DNA of 2,751 nucleotides. Origin: a virus. Taxonomy: Duplodnaviria; Heunggongvirae; Uroviricota; Caudoviricetes. Shown here in pieces: positions 1-2,751 of the stretch. The stretch is taken from the IMG/VR virus record IMGVR_UViG_2639763115_000005; one strand, 5' to 3'. Each line of letters begins with the position of its first letter. Position 1 is the stretch's first letter. The position numbers and the translations under genes are program-made. Under the pieces are notes generated by a model. The model was not told the origin of the DNA. It searched no databases and saw nothing but the letters and a program-made list of their open reading frames with translations.

Positions 1-216
1 GACTGGCTCCTGATTTAAGTAAGGAGTGCAGTCTGATTTAGAAAAACAGATAAATAAAATAATGTAAACTTCAGGCGGGATAAAATTATTTATATCTAAT
101 GCAAAGATTCAATATTCCCACAGCACACAGAAGTTTTCTGTCTTCAGGGAGAGGAGCTTCGAAAGTTCAGACGAAAAATTCCTGCGGCCCCTTTAAGAGT
201 CAGTTGGCCGGGTTTG

Positions 217-240
217 GTCCGCTCCTCGCTCAAAGCGGAC
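217..240 (+). other. Perfect 7-bp inverted repeat (GTCCGCT / AGCGGAC) with a 10-nt loop in the GC-rich part of the leader
   Basis: GTCCGCT at 217-223 pairs with AGCGGAC at 234-240. It is not followed by a T-run, so it is not a canonical intrinsic terminator. Confidence 0.3.
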
Positions 241-282
241 TAGAAGGTTAGCTTGCGTCGGACTTGGCGTATTTAAAGAAGT

Positions 283-290
283 GCTGGTGG
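283..290 (+). other. Chi recombination hotspot octamer 5'-GCTGGTGG-3' (top-strand orientation), in the non-coding leader
   Basis: Exact octamer read directly at 283-290. Activity depends on a RecBCD host and is not shown by sequence. Confidence 0.6.
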
Positions 291-353
291 TGACTGGTTG
301 TTGTGTTCCATTTCTACAGAACAAAATCACAGAAACTATACCCAATAGTTATA

Positions 354-382
354 TTGAATCAATGATGAGACAGCCTCATATT
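354..382 (+). promoter_or_regulatory. Weak sigma70-like promoter candidate (TTGAAT, 17-nt spacer, CATATT) upstream of the DUF968 gene
   Basis: TTGAAT at 354-359 and CATATT at 377-382, each 4/6 to consensus, with a 17-nt spacer. Expression could equally come from read-through of an upstream phage promoter. Confidence 0.15.
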
Positions 383-487
383 TATCAGAACTGGTGTACG
401 TCCAATATCGTCACTGGATAATCTCCGTCAGGCTTCCTTACTCCGAACGATCACCGCGTCCGTCCCGCACATTCCAGCAACGCATCT

Positions 488-493
488 GGAGGT
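488..493 (+). promoter_or_regulatory. Shine-Dalgarno (GGAGGT) for the DUF968 gene
   Basis: GGAGG at 488-492, 4 nt upstream of the GTG start at 497. Confidence 0.5.
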
Positions 494-496
494 AAC

Positions 497-1546
497 GTGC
501 GAGTATTACTTCGACCTGTTCTGGTACCGGAACTCGGGCTGGTGATCGTTAAGCCGGGCCGTGAATCCATGCCGGTATTCCACAATACCCGGGTACTGGT
601 GGAGCCGGAACCGAAAAGCATGCGTAATCTGCCGTCCGGGGGCGTTCCTGCCGTTCGCCAGCCGCTGGTGGAAGACAAAACATTGCTGCCGTTTTTCAGT
701 AACGCACGGGTGATTCGTGCTGCTGGTGGTGCTGGTGCATTGTCTGACTGGCTGTTGCGCCATATTAAATCCTGCCAGTGGCCACACGGCGATTATCATC
801 ACAGCGAAACCGTCATTCACCGTTATGGTACCGGCGCAATGGTGTTGTGCTGGCACTGCGACAACCAGTTGCGTGACCAGACCTCCGAATCACTTGAGCA
901 ACTTGCTCACCAAAACTTGTCAGCATGGATGATTGACGTCATTCGTCACGCAATGAATGGCACACAGGAGCGGGAATTATCGCTGGCTGAATTATCCTGG
1001 TGGGCGGTCCGCAATCAGGTGGCGGACGCGCTACCGGAAGCGGTATTACGTCGTTCGCTGGGGTTGCGTGCGGAAAAAATCCGCTCAATGTACCGTGAAA
1101 GCGACATCGTACCGGGAGAGCAGACCGCCACCAGCATACTGAAACAGCGCACAAAAAATCTTGCGCCGCTGCCTCACGCCCACCAGCAACAGAACCCACC
1201 ACAGGAAAAGACGGTGGTCAGCATTGCCGTTGATCCTGAGTCTCCGGAATCTTTCATGAAACGACCTAAACGTCGCCGCTGGGTTAACGAGAAATACACA
1301 CGCTGGGTGAAGACACAGCCGTGTGCGTATTGTGGTAAGCCAGCCGACGATCCCCATCACCTGATTGGTCATGGTCAGGGCGGAATGGGGACAAAATCTC
1401 ACGATATTTTCACGCTACCGCTGTGTCGGGAGCATCACAACGAGCTTCATGCGGATCCTCTGGCGTTCGAAGAAAAGCATGGTTCTCAGGTTGATTTAAT
1501 TTTTCGTTTTCTTGATCACGCCTTTGCAACTGGCGTGCTTGGGTAA
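497..1546 (+). CDS. DUF968-family (YdfU-like) prophage protein, with a C-terminal HNH-like Cys/His motif; function uncharacterised
   Basis: 1050-nt ORF (349 aa) from GTG 497 to TAA 1544-1546. GTG is the only start codon in the open frame after the in-frame stop at 419-421, and it has a GGAGG SD. C-terminus reads CAYCG...DPHHL...SHD...LCREHHNELH, which resembles an HNH/His-Me finger pattern; a second cluster (CQWPHGDYHH...CWHCDN) lies at residues 93-122. Length and position (upstream of Q) match my recollection of YdfU-type DUF968 proteins. Confidence 0.8.
   Translation: MRVLLRPVLVPELGLVIVKPGRESMPVFHNTRVLVEPEPKSMRNLPSGGVPAVRQPLVEDKTLLPFFSNARVIRAAGGAGALSDWLLRHIKSCQWPHGDYHHSETVIHRYGTGAMVLCWHCDNQLRDQTSESLEQLAHQNLSAWMIDVIRHAMNGTQERELSLAELSWWAVRNQVADALPEAVLRRSLGLRAEKIRSMYRESDIVPGEQTATSILKQRTKNLAPLPHAHQQQNPPQEKTVVSIAVDPESPESFMKRPKRRRWVNEKYTRWVKTQPCAYCGKPADDPHHLIGHGQGGMGTKSHDIFTLPLCREHHNELHADPLAFEEKHGSQVDLIFRFLDHAFATGVLG
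664..671 (+). other. Chi octamer GCTGGTGG (top-strand orientation) inside the DUF968 CDS
   Basis: Exact octamer at 664-671, spanning codons for P-L-V-E. Confidence 0.6.
722..729 (+). other. Chi octamer GCTGGTGG (top-strand orientation) inside the DUF968 CDS, within a tandem near-repeat
   Basis: Exact octamer at 722-729, in the tandem 9-mer TGCTGGTGG / TGCTGGTGC (721-738) that encodes the Gly/Ala-rich stretch AAGGAGA. A 7/8 near-Chi follows at 731-738. Confidence 0.6.
1128..1135 (-). other. Chi octamer on the bottom strand (top strand reads CCACCAGC)
   Basis: CCACCAGC at 1128-1135 is the exact reverse complement of GCTGGTGG. Confidence 0.6.
1180..1187 (-). other. Chi octamer on the bottom strand (top strand reads CCACCAGC)
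   Basis: CCACCAGC at 1180-1187 is the exact reverse complement of GCTGGTGG. Confidence 0.6.
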
Positions 1547-1552
1547 AAGAGG
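1547..1552 (+). promoter_or_regulatory. Shine-Dalgarno (AAGAGG) for the RusA-family gene
   Basis: AAGAGG at 1547-1552, 6 nt upstream of ATG 1559 and immediately after the DUF968 stop (1544-1546). Confidence 0.55.
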
Positions 1553-1558
1553 TGAGTG

Positions 1559-1933
1559 ATGCTCATAGATTTGGTTTTACCTTACCCGCCGACGGTGAAC
1601 ACTTACTGGCGACGCCGTGGCAGCACATATTTTATCTCGGAGGAGGGAAAGCGTTATCGCCGGGCTGTGGCGCTTATTGTTCGCCAGCAGCGGCTGAAAT
1701 TAAGCCTGTCCGGAAGGCTGGCGATAAAGGTGATTGCAGAGCCACCGGATAAGCGTCGTCGCGACCTGGACAATATCCTGAAAGCACCGCTGGATGCGCT
1801 GACGCATGCGGGAGTGTTAATGGACGATGAGCAGTTTGATGAAATCAATATCGTTCGTGGTCAGCCAGTATCTGGTGGACGTCTGGGGGTGAAGATTTAC
1901 CCCATAATGCATGAAGAGCAGGTCAAAAAATGA
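1559..1933 (+). CDS. rusA: RusA-family Holliday junction resolvase (crossover junction endodeoxyribonuclease)
   Basis: ORF ending at TGA 1931-1933. The ORF track starts at GTG 1556, but ATG 1559 has better SD spacing, so I place the start there. The protein contains PDKRRRDLDNILKAPLDALTHAGVLMDDEQF, which closely matches my recollection of the E. coli RusA core (RRRRDLDNL...DALT...DD) that carries the catalytic acidic residues. Size (about 124 aa) fits the family. Confidence 0.85.
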   Translation: MLIDLVLPYPPTVNTYWRRRGSTYFISEEGKRYRRAVALIVRQQRLKLSLSGRLAIKVIAEPPDKRRRDLDNILKAPLDALTHAGVLMDDEQFDEINIVRGQPVSGGRLGVKIYPIMHEEQVKK

Positions 1934-2751
1934 AACTGGAAGATTTACCGAAATACTACTCCCCAAAATCCCCTTGCCTGACCGATGCATCGGCCTCAAC
2001 GTCAAAAGATGCGCTGAGTATCACTGATGTGATGGCCGCGCAGGGCATGACACAGAATCGGGCTGAGATGGGGTTTTCTGCGTTCCTGGGGAAAATGGGC
2101 ATCAGTATGAATGACAGGGCGCGGGCAACAGAATTACTGGCAGATTATGCACTCAGTCGGTGCGATCGTGTGGCGGCGTTGAGAAAACTTCCGGCAGAAA
2201 TAAAACCGGTAGTGATGCGCATTATGGCTTCGTACGCTTTTGAGGATTATGCCCGCAGCGCAGCGAGTAAAAAGCAGTGCCCTTGTTGCTATGGGGAAAA
2301 ATTTATTGAAAGCGTAGTTTTTACAAACAAGGTCCAGTATCCGGATGGTAAGCCGCCGGTATGGGCAAAGTGTACGAAAGGTGTGTATCCGTCTTACTGG
2401 GAAGAATGGAAAAAAGTCAGGGAGGTGGTAAAAGTTGCCTGTCCGGAGTGTGGCGGAAAGGGTGAGGTTTCCACCGCCTGTAAGGATTGCCGTGGGCGTG
2501 GTGTCGCCATTCACCGTGAAGAGTCGGTAAAACGTGGTATGCCTGTTATCAGAGACTGCCAGCGTTGTGGTGGTCGTGGCTATGAAAGACTACCATCAAC
2601 GGAGGCATTTAATGCTATATGCGAGGTGACAAACCAGATAACACGCGCGTCATGGGAAAAAACAGTTAAGAAATTCTATGATGCGCTGGTGACCCGGTTT
2701 GATATTGAAGAAGGATGGGCTGAGCGGCAGTTAAAAAAGGTAACTAGGTAA
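1930..2751 (+). CDS. Late-gene antitermination protein Q (phage 82 / QuuQ-type), with a cysteine-rich CxxCxGxG zinc-ribbon region
   Basis: 822-nt ORF (273 aa) from ATG 1930 to TAA 2749-2751. The ATG overlaps the RusA stop (ATGA at 1930-1933). N-terminal motifs (KYYSPKSP, DVMAAQGM) and the C-terminal end (YDALV...VTR) match my recollection of Q82-family antiterminators. Four Cys motifs are read directly: CPCC, CPECGGKG, CKDCRGRG, CQRCGGRG. The position after a RusA gene is typical for Q. Confidence 0.8.
   Translation: MKLEDLPKYYSPKSPCLTDASASTSKDALSITDVMAAQGMTQNRAEMGFSAFLGKMGISMNDRARATELLADYALSRCDRVAALRKLPAEIKPVVMRIMASYAFEDYARSAASKKQCPCCYGEKFIESVVFTNKVQYPDGKPPVWAKCTKGVYPSYWEEWKKVREVVKVACPECGGKGEVSTACKDCRGRGVAIHREESVKRGMPVIRDCQRCGGRGYERLPSTEAFNAICEVTNQITRASWEKTVKKFYDALVTRFDIEEGWAERQLKKVTR

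Noticed and set aside
185-240. Rho-independent terminator in the GC-rich leader
   Set aside because: The hairpins at 185-210 and 217-240 are not followed by a U-tract (TTTGGTCC and TAGAAGG respectively), so they do not fit a canonical intrinsic terminator.
100-252. 50-codon + strand ORF in the leader (MQRFNIPTAHRSFLSS...)
   Set aside because: No Shine-Dalgarno, the start sits in an AT-rich promoter-like block, and the product is not hydrophobic or Hok/type I toxin-like. It runs through the GC-rich hairpin region, which is more consistent with non-coding structure.
1-496. Hok/Sok-type toxin-antitoxin, tRNA gene or CRISPR repeat in the leader
   Set aside because: There is no small hydrophobic ORF with an RBS, no tRNA-like T-arm motif or cloverleaf-compatible segment, and no spaced direct repeats.
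569-571. ATG at 569 as an alternative start for the DUF968 gene
   Set aside because: No SD precedes it (CCGGGCCGTGAATCC), whereas GTG 497 has GGAGG 4 nt upstream. It cannot be excluded without proteomics or homologue alignment.
451-678. 75-aa ORF on the minus strand overlapping the leader and the start of the DUF968 gene
   Set aside because: It is antisense to a well-supported CDS, has no convincing SD, and the product is Arg/Ser/Thr/Gly-rich in the way typical of reverse-frame reading of GC-rich coding DNA.
1556-1558. GTG at 1556 as the RusA start (as given in the ORF track)
   Set aside because: It is only 3 nt from the AAGAGG SD and overlaps the AGGTGA stretch. The adjacent ATG at 1559 has canonical 6-nt spacing, so I placed the start there. 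The difference is one codon and the product is unaffected.
506-2514. Other antisense or out-of-frame ORFs from the six-frame track (506-856 -, 717-932 +, 939-1202 -, 957-1142 +, 1085-1402 -, 1552-1752 +, 1654-1848 -, 1817-2005 -, 2134-2514 -)
   Set aside because: All are fully embedded in, or overlap, the three co-directional genes that have recognisable family motifs and coupled starts. None has family-like sequence or a start context. They are most likely frame-shadow ORFs.

Overview
This window looks like the nin/late-regulatory junction of a lambdoid prophage from an enterobacterial (E. coli-like) host. A 496-nt non-coding leader (AT-rich at 40-120, GC-rich and hairpin-prone at 180-300) is followed by three tightly packed + strand genes: a DUF968 (YdfU-like) protein with two Cys/His clusters (497-1546), a RusA-family Holliday junction resolvase (1559-1933), and a phage-82/QuuQ-type Q antiterminator (1930-2751). 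The Q stop codon is the last base of the window, so its expected downstream target (late promoter/qut) is not visible. No tRNA, rRNA, CRISPR array, transposase or IS end was seen. The most notable sequence-level signal is five exact Chi octamers (GCTGGTGG) in 2.75 kb, four of them inside the DUF968 gene. I found no evidence of a new multi-gene system; the least characterised element is the DUF968 protein. All calls rest on reading the sequence and recalled family motifs, with no database search.
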